This document shows positions 1 to 11,000 of a DNA stretch of 64,000 bases, in pieces. The stretch lies in the NCBI GenBank assembly GCA_963793265.1, contig CAWBZI010000001.1, positions 736,001 through 800,000 on the forward strand, written 5' to 3'. The notes beneath the pieces are model-generated. The model was not told where the DNA came from and searched no databases. It saw only the letters and a program-made list of their open reading frames with translations. The position numbers and the translations under genes are program-made. The first letter of the stretch is position 1, and each line of letters opens with the position of its first letter. This stretch comes from an uncultured cyanobacterium. Lineage in GTDB: Bacteria; Cyanobacteriota; Cyanobacteriia; Phormidesmidales; Phormidesmidaceae.

Positions 1-264
1 TTGGGGTTGAAGATGGGGTTGGGCTAGATCGGGTGAGGGGCGATCGCCCAAATCAGCGATATCTTCCCAGTCCAAATTAAGCGTTTCACATAGCTCTGTG
101 AACGTCGCGAAATCGACCGGCTTGCCGCCTAAGAACTTTTTGACCGTCGCCAGCGAATATCCAGCCCGTTCAGATAGGGCGCGCTGGGTTTGAAAACCAT
201 TTCGCTTAACCGAAGTTCGGATAGTATCAACACAGTTCGGATGGGCTTTGATCGAGCGGGGCAT
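1..264 (-). CDS. 5' part of a gene running off the window: N-terminal XRE-like HTH typical of cyanobacterial HTH-ATPase (NB-ARC/NACHT/AAA-like) proteins
   Basis: Manual translation from ATG at 264: MPRSIKAHPNCVDTIRTSVKRNGFQTQRALSERAGYSLATVKKFLGGKPVDFATFTELCETLNLDWEDIA, open to position 1. Not in the ORF track. The downstream domain is not visible. Confidence 0.7.
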   Translation of the reverse strand, partial: MPRSIKAHPNCVDTIRTSVKRNGFQTQRALSERAGYSLATVKKFLGGKPVDFATFTELCETLNLDWEDIADLGDRPSPDLAQPHLQPQ

Positions 265-368
265 TGTTAGATCTCAGGCGTTAACTCAAGCTACGGTATC
301 AAATACCACAGCATAGCGCAGCTACCCATTCATTAAACCAGTATCACGCGCTTATGGACGCCTGTTGA

Positions 369-3026
369 CTAATCAACCACGGCTCTGAAGCGAATAAGGC
401 CGTACGAATTTGCCGGAACGCCTTCACCAGTTGCATTTGGAATATCGCTGAGGTCTATAACGATTGCGCCGTTGTCGTTGGGGCCACCGCAGTTGAGGGT
501 AACACCAGGGAAGGCGGTGCTGGGGTCTACGCCTGTAGGGAAGTAGTAGCCGCCGACGCCATCGTCATTACCGGGTGTGTCTGTGATTTCGTCGCCATCG
601 TTGACGTTGGTTAGGCCGATAGTAGCACCGTTGAAGTTGAGGAGAATGCCGCGATCACCCCCGCCTGTGAAAGGTGGTGTCAGATCGTTAAAGGCATCGG
701 TAACGAAGGTGGTGTTGGGGGGAATGCGATCGCAAACCAACACATCCTGCGCCGCCACATCACCATCTGATAAGAATGGAATCGTGTACTCAATCACATC
801 ACCAGGGGTCACTGTCGTACTGTTATCAGCACCATCTGCGAGCCCAGCGATAAAGCTCTCTACGGTACCGCCGCCAATCGTCGCCGCTGTTGGGGCCCCC
901 GGCCAGTTCACCGCATTATCCGCGTCATCAGGGGCACCCACATCAACGTAGCTATTGTCAAAAGACTGTTCATTCGCCAGCCCCCGATTAATCGCTGTAA
1001 TTCTCTTTACCAGCAGTAAATTAGGATCGCTTAGCGGTGGCCGGTAGCCAAAGTCAGCATCGTTAAAGTCAATCGAGCCGACTGCTAGCGCTACTGGCAG
1101 CGTTTCGGTTGCTGTAGTCAGCGTCAAATCGGTCAACACATTATTCGTATCAGTCACGTTGATGATGTAGTTGCCAAAAATTAGCTCATCAAAGTCGTAG
1201 CCACCATTCGCGTCTGTTGTTCGCGTTGCCAGCACTGGCTCGCCTGGATCAATCACACCATCGCCATCTAAGTCCCACACCAAGTCAATCGTGACGTTCT
1301 CAATGCCATCTTCACCAGCATCTTGCACACCATCGCCATTCGTGTCATTCCACACAAAGTCGCCAATGCTTGAGGCACCCCGCACACACTCTGCTGCATC
1401 AAAAGAACTATGTGCGCCTAAAGGCCCTACCGTATCTCTTCGAGTGCCCGCTACTTCATTCAAGTCGTTGCCCGATCGCTGCACCTGAAACACATCGTTT
1501 GCACCCAAGGCCCACAGTCTCCCCTGCCCATCCTTTGCAAGCTGCGAGTTCGTCCCAAACGTCTCGTTTAGATCGATAAAGTCGCCGTTGTTCAGGTCGT
1601 AGCTCCAAAAGAACTCGCCGCCGTTACCGTTCGCGGTGATCACGCCCGTATTGTCAATGATGAAGTCGCCCCAGTTTGGGGTATTTGTTAGCGTGCCGTT
1701 TTGTACCAGCCCGTCGATCCCAATCGGCGTCACGCTATCGATCGTTAGCCCGTTCGAGCCCGGCACAAAATCGACCTTGAAGATCTCGAACACGCCGCCA
1801 TCTGAAATATCTGAGCCCTGATACACAGAGCCATTGAAGAAAGCCGCACCACCGCTGGATATGCTCGTTGGCACCGTGCCGCTGTTTATGTAGCTGTTGA
1901 AGTTGTTATCGACAATTACATGCGTATCTGTCAATGGGCTCCAGGCATAAAGCGTATTGCCATCGCCGTAGTACACCTGTCGGTTCACATGGTCGGTCGA
2001 TAGTCCATTCGCGGTCGCTAGCGCGTTATCACTTAGCTGCAAAGAAGCCCCGCTTTCAACGTGCACTGCAAATATCCGAGCGTTCTGCCCCGAATACACT
2101 AAGTTGTAGTCCGCCTCGCACACATTACTGTCGCCAACTGGTGGGAGCGTTGTTGCTAAGGCAATGGGCACGTCTTGGGTAGCACTGGCTTCTTGCCGAT
2201 GCAGCGTAGCATCACCGTTGTTAGGATCGCCTGCGGCTTCTGTTTCTGTTGCAGTCGTTGCAGGCACGTCTACAGCATCACCATCCTGGTTGTCCTGCGT
2301 GTAAACATCGCTGTTGGTTGCCCCACCGCTATAGGCTTGATTGCCTCGATTTCCCGCAGGCGTATCACCCAGTACAACCGTGACCGTATCACCGTCTAAC
2401 AGTCCAGCATTTGCCTTTACCGGTACGCGTACAGTGACCGTGCCGTTCGGTGCAATAGAGCCTTCTGGCAAGCCCAAAGCAGCTCCGGTTGTGACACCGC
2501 CTGTCGGCACGTCTTCAGGTGTTGGCAGCGTTGTTTCACTATTGCCGTCAGTGTCGTAAGCGAGAATTTGAATAGGGCCGCTGAGAGAGCCGTTTGTAAT
2601 CGTGGCATTGTCAGGGATGAAAAACTGAGTAGGGTCGTTACCGATATTGGCGATTTTGAAGGTGAAATACACCACGTCTTCGGTGTTAATCGTGCCGTCG
2701 CCCTGATTTGGCCCTGCGCCAGTGACGCCGCCAGGGGCTTCTGTAGCGCCCGCAGGTGTCACCGTAATGCCCGCAACTTCTAGTACCGTGACTTCAACAA
2801 TATTGGACTCAATGAGTTGAGTGCCGGTAGACGGGTCGGTAAAGCTGCCAGTGGCCTGGTTTTGGATGACGCTGCCAGGGGCCGGGCTGTTGGTGACTGC
2901 GAGCACTAAAGCCGCAGGGAATAAGGCACTCCCGGTTGCTAATACCGACAGCAACACCCTCTGCCAGCCAGTGAGAGAACTCTGGTTATGGGCCGGGTTA
3001 GAAGCGAAAGAAGCGTGCTGAGTCAT
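369..3026 (-). CDS. Secreted DUF11-family protein: N-terminal donor-strand motif, probable beta-propeller, SdrD-B-like domain, C-terminal truncated DUF11
   Basis: Signal peptide, then PGSVIQNQATGSF..IESNIVEVTV. SdrD-B motif SIGDFVWNDTNGDGVQDAGEDGIENV. C-terminus LLLVKRIT..PGDVIEYTIPF..VCDRIP..YGLIRFRAVVD*. Confidence 0.85.
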   Translation of the reverse strand: MTQHASFASNPAHNQSSLTGWQRVLLSVLATGSALFPAALVLAVTNSPAPGSVIQNQATGSFTDPSTGTQLIESNIVEVTVLEVAGITVTPAGATEAPGGVTGAGPNQGDGTINTEDVVYFTFKIANIGNDPTQFFIPDNATITNGSLSGPIQILAYDTDGNSETTLPTPEDVPTGGVTTGAALGLPEGSIAPNGTVTVRVPVKANAGLLDGDTVTVVLGDTPAGNRGNQAYSGGATNSDVYTQDNQDGDAVDVPATTATETEAAGDPNNGDATLHRQEASATQDVPIALATTLPPVGDSNVCEADYNLVYSGQNARIFAVHVESGASLQLSDNALATANGLSTDHVNRQVYYGDGNTLYAWSPLTDTHVIVDNNFNSYINSGTVPTSISSGGAAFFNGSVYQGSDISDGGVFEIFKVDFVPGSNGLTIDSVTPIGIDGLVQNGTLTNTPNWGDFIIDNTGVITANGNGGEFFWSYDLNNGDFIDLNETFGTNSQLAKDGQGRLWALGANDVFQVQRSGNDLNEVAGTRRDTVGPLGAHSSFDAAECVRGASSIGDFVWNDTNGDGVQDAGEDGIENVTIDLVWDLDGDGVIDPGEPVLATRTTDANGGYDFDELIFGNYIINVTDTNNVLTDLTLTTATETLPVALAVGSIDFNDADFGYRPPLSDPNLLLVKRITAINRGLANEQSFDNSYVDVGAPDDADNAVNWPGAPTAATIGGGTVESFIAGLADGADNSTTVTPGDVIEYTIPFLSDGDVAAQDVLVCDRIPPNTTFVTDAFNDLTPPFTGGGDRGILLNFNGATIGLTNVNDGDEITDTPGNDDGVGGYYFPTGVDPSTAFPGVTLNCGGPNDNGAIVIDLSDIPNATGEGVPANSYGLIRFRAVVD

Positions 3027-3077
3027 AGTATATGCAACAAAAATAGATAAGAATAAATAGCTTTATATGAAAGCGCG

Positions 3078-5948
3078 CTACGGCGTGACGCGGGTCTTGA
3101 ACCGAAAGAAGCCGTAGGCGTCATTAGGAGTGCCGGGGCCTGTAGAACCAGGAAATTGAGTTAGGGTTGGCTCGCCCGTACCGCTTGCGCCTGTAAGATC
3201 GATAATGAGCGTGCCGTTGTCGTTAGGCTCTTGTAGGTTACAGGTAGCATCGACCGGGGCGGTGGCGGCGATCAGTTGAGTGCGATCGCTCCCATCATCC
3301 GCCGCCGTCAAGCCCAACACCGGGCTAGTCCCAAGCTGCAACTGCACGTCTACACCGGGGCCATAGGCATCTGTGACAAAAAGCTGATCGGGGAATAGGC
3401 GATCGCACAGCCGCACGTCAGTCACCGCCACCCCACCCGAATTCAAAAAGTAGACCGTATATTCAATCTCATCATTAGGCTGTACGCCGCCTGCATCAAC
3501 AGCACCGACGAGATAGTCAGCAGGCCAGTTAGGATGATTGTCATCAGCGGCCTGCGGCGAACCTGTGTCATCTTCAAACTGACTCAAGTCGGTGCCGTCA
3601 TTTGGATTTATCGCCGCACCATTGACAGCCGTAATTCGCTTAACCATCAAAACTTCTGCCGTCGCTGGTGTTATTACAAGCTGATAGTCTTCTACTTCGC
3701 CATCACTCGCAGCGCCTAGCGATCGCTCATCTACCTCAGCCGTATTTACATCGTCACTTAAGCTATCTGTTGTAAGTCTAAATCGCGCGTAGGTCGTGCC
3801 TCCCATAGCACTAACCGGGACGTCCCAGCTTAAGCTAGCGGTCGTATCACCTGAAGCGACGGTTGCACTTTGATACTCGCCTTCTTCAAACTCGCCGTTT
3901 TGGTCAAAGTCAATCCAGGCATGGAGGATTGCATCTGCCCCTGTCGTGTTGTTGATTGGAATGTTGTTTAGGGGGTATGAAGTGTTGGCGATCGCACCCG
4001 ACAAGCTCGCAAAAGCATCATCTACATCATCAGTTGCATCGCCATTGCTGTCGGTACCATTCCCAAAGCCATCGCTGTCATCTGTTACGCCACCGCCTAA
4101 AAAGAGAGTGCTATCAGTACCGTGCAAAGGCCCGCCGTCACTCGCTAGCGTACGGTAGTTACCAGCGCCACTACCTGCGCCTGTATCAGGCGCATCGCCA
4201 TAGTCCGCCGAGTCAATAATAACGACATCGCCTTCCTCTACCTCACTCGGCGTATATGTCCACAAGTCCAGCGTTTTAGTATCGCCAAAAGCGCCTGTAC
4301 ATTGTTCGTTTGTATTTCCACCGCTGGGTACACCAAATACGTTGAAGCTACCAGAGGAAGAATCAGCACCCGTGAACAGGTTAGTAGCTGGCGGATCAGG
4401 CGGATTAGTGCCACACAAAGCATCATCAGTCGGATCGCCATCGCCTGGATTGCGGTCTTCAACGAGCGTTCCATTCAGCGTAAAGTAGCCCCGATGATCG
4501 TAAAATGCAGTCGTGTTACCGAGTGGATTCGTGCTGTTCAATAGCGTGTAGGTGGGGCCGCCAAAAATATTGTTCTCAGCATCGCTCATCGGAAAGTGAT
4601 ACTCGCCGCCATGAATTTCTATACCGTACTCAAAGCTACCAACCGGGAAAGGTACGCTACTGTTGTCTTGACCATTCCAATCAACAGTTTGAGTACCAGA
4701 GCTGCTCATCACACCTCGTAACACTTTATTTTGAGAATTACCTGGATCAAAATCTACGCCATCTCGGCTAATAACAATTTGATAAACGCCGGGCAAATTA
4801 CTATCAAAAGAGAACGTACCGCCTGTGTTGACGGTAGACGTATTACCCACAACATCGCCCGTAAATGAAGAGTTGCTAGCAACAGGGAAAATAGGTATTG
4901 GTGAGAACCCTACGCCCTCTTCTACACCTGTGATCGGATTATAAACAGGCAAAAATGGTAAAACTGAACTGTCTATTTCATTGAAGAAGATAGGAAACTG
5001 CGGGGGCGCGCTGCTAGTGCCGCCGACCGGATTAGCAATATCGCCATTAGTACCCAGCACGTCGCGGTACAGTGGGGAGGCCCCATCACTATCCAAATTG
5101 CCAAGCTGGTTACCAAAGATCCTAAACCCAAAGGGATCTAGCCCACGCATATCAATTTCATAGCGATAGCCGTCTGCCGTTATCGGGTACAAGTCAGAGT
5201 GCAACTGCCTCCCGTTGTTCCCCATGTTGATGCTCATGAAAAAGGTATGCAGGCGACCTTCAAGATCATCAACAGAGTCGAGCGAGTTGCTGCGTACAGT
5301 CACATCCCAAGCTGATATGCCGGTTGTTTGGTTAGTACCTGTGTTGACCGCTTCAATGTTGCTTTGGATAGTGTTGGTATTAGTATTACTGTTGCTGCCA
5401 CTTGGGCCGTATATCGCTACGTAGTAGATACCTGTGGTCGGGGCCTTATAAAAGCAAGGCCGGTAGCCAGCCACATTGCCAGACCCGTTGATAGATTCTG
5501 GCCCGGCTAGCTCTTCAGCCCGGCTGCTAATAAAGCCCCGTCCGCTCTGGTCAGTGCAGGTAAAATCTGCGGTAGCGGGCAGACTCTCGTTTGCAGCAGT
5601 GCCGGTGACCCTATCAGGATCGAATATTTGAATATTGCCACTACCCACGCCCACGGTGGTAGAGCCTACCAAAATATGCTCCCCTTGCTCGGCATACACC
5701 CGGAATAAAGTGCGATTTTTGAATCCGGCTGAGGTGCCATTACGCCAAACAATATGGCCTCGGTTTCCAGGGGCACCGCTAGGGAACATATCGCGGCTAC
5801 CTTCTGCCTGGGCCGGTTGTATCCAGGCTCCCAAAGCGCACAGCGCAATGGATACGCTACTGGCGAGATAGCACCCTGCTCGCTGCTTAGATATTTCGAA
5901 TTGATCAGCTAAAAACATGGGGAGATCCGTTCGGATAATCGCAGCCAT
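3078..5948 (-). CDS. Secreted protein with large uncharacterised N-terminal domain, GEVED domain and C-terminal truncated DUF11 (candidate tip adhesin)
   Basis: AQA/EGSRD signal cleavage. DYGDAPD..AWIDFDQNG..YARFRL..DGEVEDY. C-terminus VKRIT..PNDEIEYTVYF..LCDRL..YGFFRFKTRVTP*. True start may be a later Met. Confidence 0.85.
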   Translation of the reverse strand: MAAIIRTDLPMFLADQFEISKQRAGCYLASSVSIALCALGAWIQPAQAEGSRDMFPSGAPGNRGHIVWRNGTSAGFKNRTLFRVYAEQGEHILVGSTTVGVGSGNIQIFDPDRVTGTAANESLPATADFTCTDQSGRGFISSRAEELAGPESINGSGNVAGYRPCFYKAPTTGIYYVAIYGPSGSNSNTNTNTIQSNIEAVNTGTNQTTGISAWDVTVRSNSLDSVDDLEGRLHTFFMSINMGNNGRQLHSDLYPITADGYRYEIDMRGLDPFGFRIFGNQLGNLDSDGASPLYRDVLGTNGDIANPVGGTSSAPPQFPIFFNEIDSSVLPFLPVYNPITGVEEGVGFSPIPIFPVASNSSFTGDVVGNTSTVNTGGTFSFDSNLPGVYQIVISRDGVDFDPGNSQNKVLRGVMSSSGTQTVDWNGQDNSSVPFPVGSFEYGIEIHGGEYHFPMSDAENNIFGGPTYTLLNSTNPLGNTTAFYDHRGYFTLNGTLVEDRNPGDGDPTDDALCGTNPPDPPATNLFTGADSSSGSFNVFGVPSGGNTNEQCTGAFGDTKTLDLWTYTPSEVEEGDVVIIDSADYGDAPDTGAGSGAGNYRTLASDGGPLHGTDSTLFLGGGVTDDSDGFGNGTDSNGDATDDVDDAFASLSGAIANTSYPLNNIPINNTTGADAILHAWIDFDQNGEFEEGEYQSATVASGDTTASLSWDVPVSAMGGTTYARFRLTTDSLSDDVNTAEVDERSLGAASDGEVEDYQLVITPATAEVLMVKRITAVNGAAINPNDGTDLSQFEDDTGSPQAADDNHPNWPADYLVGAVDAGGVQPNDEIEYTVYFLNSGGVAVTDVRLCDRLFPDQLFVTDAYGPGVDVQLQLGTSPVLGLTAADDGSDRTQLIAATAPVDATCNLQEPNDNGTLIIDLTGASGTGEPTLTQFPGSTGPGTPNDAYGFFRFKTRVTP

Positions 5949-6008
5949 TAGAGTGCCCGGTTAAATCAAAGAAAGTCGATTTGTGAAAGTGTCGAACCTT
6001 AAGAGTTG

Positions 6009-6047
6009 ACAAAACCCGGCAAAGTGAAAAACTCTGTCGGGTTTTGT
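6009..6047. terminator. Intergenic stem-loop within the DUF11 cluster
   Basis: ACAAAACCCGGCAAAGT-GAAAA-ACTCTGTCGGGTTTTGT, a 17-bp imperfect inverted repeat. Confidence 0.55.
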
Positions 6048-6098
6048 TGCTTTTTGTTTAGGCGATCGCGCCAGTCAAGGCTTCCGAATCAAGTCACT

Positions 6099-7932
6099 CT
6101 AGTCAACTTGAACCGTAAAGCGAATAAACCCATACGAACCCTCAGGCGTTCCAGGCGCAGTGGCATTCGGTAAGTCAGTCGGCACCGTCACATACACACC
6201 ACCGTCAGTATTAGTACCCTGACAAGGCGCAGCAGGTGTAACTGAGTTATCGAAGCTATAGCCCGCATCGTCACCAGTATCAGCATCCGTTAAGGCTGTA
6301 GGTGCAGCGGTACCCTGGCTAATTTGCAAAGAGCCTGCAACATAGGTCGTATTTTCAGGCACTAGGTCACAAAGCAGAACGCTTGCAGCCGTCGTGTTGC
6401 CGTCTGAAAGGAAGTAAATAGTGTAATCAATCTCTTCATTGGGCTCTGCTGCTGCTTCAATATCACCTTGCAGATAGCCACTAGGCCAGTTCACGCTAGC
6501 ATCATCGTCAGGATCAGCAGGATCGTCTACAACAGTTGCGATCGCATCTCCGCCCACACGGGTCACACGCTTCACCAGCTTCACCGCCGGAGCCGCACCT
6601 TCAATCGTAATCTGATAGTCTTCAACTTCACCGTTTGAAGCAGCATCGTCTGGTGTGAGCCCCGTATCAGAGCTATAGCGGAAGCGAGCGTAGGTTTCGC
6701 CTGCAACAGAAGAGAACGGCACTGTGCTCGTAATCGTCACCAAGTTGCCAGTCGGCGCTTCATCAGTCGCTACCTGCTCACCCGGATCGTCAAAATCACC
6801 GTCGCGGTTAAAGTCAATCCATGCGTTCAGCACACCTGTGCCCGCAGTGGTTACATCTAGCTCAAACGTCTCACCCGGCGCAAATGTCTCACCGTGTAGC
6901 GTCGTGCCCGCGCCGCCATCATCTAGCAGCACGCCATCATCTTCAGCCGGGCCATCGTCACCAGCCGTACTTTCAGCATCCACAACCGTCCCCAAGAAAG
7001 TCACGCCATCAACCACGTGGCTAGGTCCATCGGCCTGGCTCTGTTTGATAGTCACCTATACCAGTGGCAGGCGAAATATCAGGCGCATCACCGTAGTCAA
7101 GCTCAGGCTCACCCACGGGCACTGTCAAGGTATCGCTGGCTTCTCGCTCAGTGCTAGGCGATCCGTCAAGGTCACCATTTTCTGTTGCGGTGTTGTCTTG
7201 AGTAACCACATCGCCGTCAGCGCCATATTCACCGCCAGCCGTGAAAGGGACATTCTGATCAGCCGCAGAGGGTGTATTACCCAAAGCAACCGTGATTTCA
7301 TCCGTGCCCGGTACCAGGTCAGAAGCAGCCTTGATAGGAACGCGCACTTCAATAAAGCCATCAACCGGCAAAGAGCCACCGTTGGGCAGTGAGGCAAAGG
7401 TGCCTGACGACGCACCGGCAGCGGGAACAGTCTCGCTAACAGTGGTTGTAGTGGTGCCGTCGCTATAGGCAACAATCTCAATGGGATTGGCCGGATCAAA
7501 CGCACCGTTGTCAACGTCGGAAGGTGCGCCCGGAATGAAGATCTGAGTTTGGTCATTACCGATGTTCGTGATGCGGTAAGTGAAGTACACAACATCTTCT
7601 GAGCTGATGATGCCATCACCCTGGCTTGGGCCTGGATCGTTAACCGTGTTAGGCGCTTCTGATGCGCCTTGAGCGGTTACATCAATACCGGCCACTTCAG
7701 CAACGGTAATGGTAACTGTATTCGACTCAACTGGAATTGCAGTACCCGGATCGGCTGGGCTCTCAAACGAACCGTAGGCGGTGTTGTCAATTTCAGAGCC
7801 CGCAGCCGTGCCTTCAGCTAAAGCTGGCAGCATAAATGTGCTCAGCAAAACAGCGCCGACGAGAGAACGGAAATACTGTTGTTTTCGATTCTTTTTGAGC
7901 TTATTAGAGAGTTTATTAGAGGTAGATTTCAT
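6099..7932 (-). pseudogene. Frameshifted (or mis-sequenced) DUF11/GEVED subunit gene; ORFs 7021-8121 and 6099-7055 are the two halves of one ~610-aa protein
   Basis: ATG 7932 (MKSTSNK), signal peptide, donor motif GTAAGSEIDNTAYGSF..VESNTVTITV. The GEVED-domain start DYGDAPD..GDYQTEP continues as DGPSHVVDGVTFLG in another frame at ~7030-7040. The span is 1834 nt = 3n+1. Confidence 0.8.
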
Positions 7933-8086
7933 GGTGTTAGCGTCTGAGAAGGTTGTTAAGTGATTGAGCAAAAAGATCCACAGGAGGAGTGGAGGGCAAC
8001 AGCCTTGAGATTTGAAATTGAGAAGGCCAATAATTTCAAACGTCAAGGTTGTTGTATTGTTTGTTAGTTCGAGTAAGTCAACTGGT

Positions 8087-11000
8087 CTAATCGACAGTGA
8101 CGCGGAAGCGAATAAAGCCAAAGGCGTCGGTCGGCGTACCAGGGCCAGTTGCGTTAGGGAGCTGATCGGGAGAAGGCGCTAGGTTGACGAGTACGGTGCC
8201 TTCGTTATTAGCGCCTGGGCAAGGCGTAGGCGTCGCATCACCAATAGGAAGAAATTCAGCGCCGTCGCCGTCGGTGTCAGTATCAGAGAGGTTGGTGGTG
8301 TTGCTGTTGGTGAAAAGCACCATGGAGTCGTTGACGTAGGTGGTGCCGTTGGGGATGCGATCGCACAGTTTTACATTCGTAATCGGCGCGTTTCCAGTTG
8401 CCAGGTAGTAAACGGTATATTCCACCTCATCACCGGGCTCTGCAAGCCGATTAGTCGCCCCAGCCAAAAACTTACTCACGCCTGCGCTAGTCTGCCCAGC
8501 AGGCCAGTTAGGATGGTTATCATTATCATCAGTATCGTCATCTACACTATCTGGCAGCGATGTTCCGTTAATCGCCGTAATACGCTTAACAATCGCTAAA
8601 TCCGAGTTTGTGTAGTGGCCGAAATTATTATCAGAATCGGTAATATTTAGTAGCGCACCGAAGTCAGCAGCTTCTAGGTTATCTGTTGTAAAAGTGTCAT
8701 TTTCCGGTGGCAGCGTGGCCGGATCGACATCTAAAACAAACGCACCATTTGAGGCAAAGAGAAAATCATAAGTACCATCTGCTGCCGTATTCTGTGGGAC
8801 TAAAAAGACATCGTTGCCGTCTACTGTGCCATCACCATTGGTATCTCGATAAAGTCTAACTCCAGCGTTCGGCGTACCGGTATCACCTGCGTTGAGCGTG
8901 CCGCTGGTGTCTGGATCAAGAAAAACGGTGCCTGTAATTCGGTTAGGAGGGCCGGTCAAGCAAGCAACGCTTTCATAGTCAGTACCCACAGAGAGCGTGC
9001 TGATTTGGGTGGCTTGTCCTGTTGTCTTATCAACGCTGAAAAAACGGTTCGTGTCGCCTGTTACGGCATAGAACTGACCATCGTTAAAGGCCGTTAAGCC
9101 TTCCATATCACTGGTGCCAAAGGGGCCGATAGCTGTCGTCGATCCATCTGTTGTATTAATGCGAATATAAGTATCTGCGCTGGTGCTACCTGCATTGGCA
9201 ATACCATATAAAAAGCCTGTTTCTGGGTCGAAAGCGATATCGTCAATATCCGCTAATCCAGTCGTCGCATCTGACTGGATTACCAGATAATCTATGCCAG
9301 GGCCAAATGCATCAGCAACTCGATTGCCTGTTACGGGATCGATTTTGATCAATAAATCATCAGGTATACCTTCATTACCCTGGCGCACAGAGCCATAGAG
9401 TTCGCCAGTAAAAGGGTGGAAGGCCAGCCCGTCGATATCGGCAAAGGTTCTGTTGCCCTCGCTGCCGTTACCTGATCCGATAGTGCCCAGGGTGCTGTAG
9501 GCTCCTGTGTTTGTATTCAATATGCCTAGCGTGTTGGCATTAGTCGCGTATAGCGTGTTAGTGATAGGCCAGTAGGCGATCGCCTCAATATTCGGCACTC
9601 CAACCGGGCCAATATTGCTTTCTGCGCCCGAGTTAATGTCAATTGCAACCAGGCGATCGCCCCCATCTGCCACCGAATAACAAATCGTTCCACCCGGCGG
9701 CGGTGTCGTATTCAGCACCGTCACCGCGTCATCTTCATTGTTGGTCAGATCAGGATCGGTAATATCGTTGTTACGAATCGCCTTAGCTGAGTTAGTGATT
9801 TGCCCGGACGCCGAGCTAGAGATAATTCCCGTGACGGTGTAAGTCGCAACCGCCTGATTATTAAGATCTAGCGTGGTGTTGATGTCGTTACCCGTGCCGC
9901 TATCGTCGCCGCAGCTACCGTTACCGCTGGTTATATTGCAGCTCCAGCTTACGTTAGTTAGCGAAGCCGGAATCTGATCTTCAAAGCCAATGCCTGTCTC
10001 ATCACTCGGGCCGTCGTTTGTCACCGTAATTGTGTATTCGAGCGCATCTCCCGGATTCGCGACATCTAAATCAACTTCTTTGTTGACGATCAAATCGGCT
10101 TCTTTGATGACGATGCCGCCCTGCAAAGCCACGTCAGCAGACGGGTAATACACCCAGGTATCGATACCTCTGCGATCGCCAAAATTATTTGTAAACTCAT
10201 GTGCACCCGCCGAGCTATTAATACCTGTAAGCGGGTCGCGATCGGCAGAACCGTTTCCGTAGCAAACAGGATCCGTAACGCCTGCATTTGTGGTCGTTTC
10301 ACCAGACGCACACAGCGAGAAGTCACCACCCAGGTTGCGATCGTCGTAATAAACATTAAAAGGATCTTCATCTTCACTGGTCGGGCCAGCCGGTTGATTA
10401 AGCCGCCTGAGGATAAGACCTCTCGGATTTTGCTCTGCGTCGATCATCGGAAAGTGAGCCTCTCCACCGTACAGATTCACTCGCACGTTATAGGGAATTG
10501 TACTTGGTAGAACAGGCGTTTGATTGCCGTCTAGGCCATCCCAAAACACGCTATTAGCACCGACAACGGCTCTGCCGACAAAGGTGCGGTCATTGCCATT
10601 GCCATAGTCGCCGTCGTTGTTGAGATCTATTGTGATCGAGAAGGCGCTTTGCGTAGGACTGTTGAAACTGAGCGTACCGCCTAGTGGATTAGTACCGGCC
10701 TGGCCAGGCGTGCCTTCAATGCCTGTAAATTCGACACCCGTTGGAATAGGTGGAGGCAGAGGAGGACTCAGCAGCCAGGTAGAACCCGTAGGAGAGTTCG
10801 CAGAACTTGGCATACTTGGATCAGGCAGGTTGATAAACGTTTTGTGGGTGATGTAGATACCCAAATCGGGGTCATTGGGATTTTGAAAGCCGTAGCCAGG
10901 CGGGATTTGCTGGCCAATATTAGCACCCGTCATCTGAAGAGAACGAAAGATAGAGTCGCCAGAAGACTGCTCAAAAAAGCCATTGCGATTGGCAAACAAA

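Noticed and set aside
7933..8121. N-terminal extension of ORF 7021-8121
   Set aside because: It overlaps the upstream gene's end. The signal peptide begins after ATG 7932.
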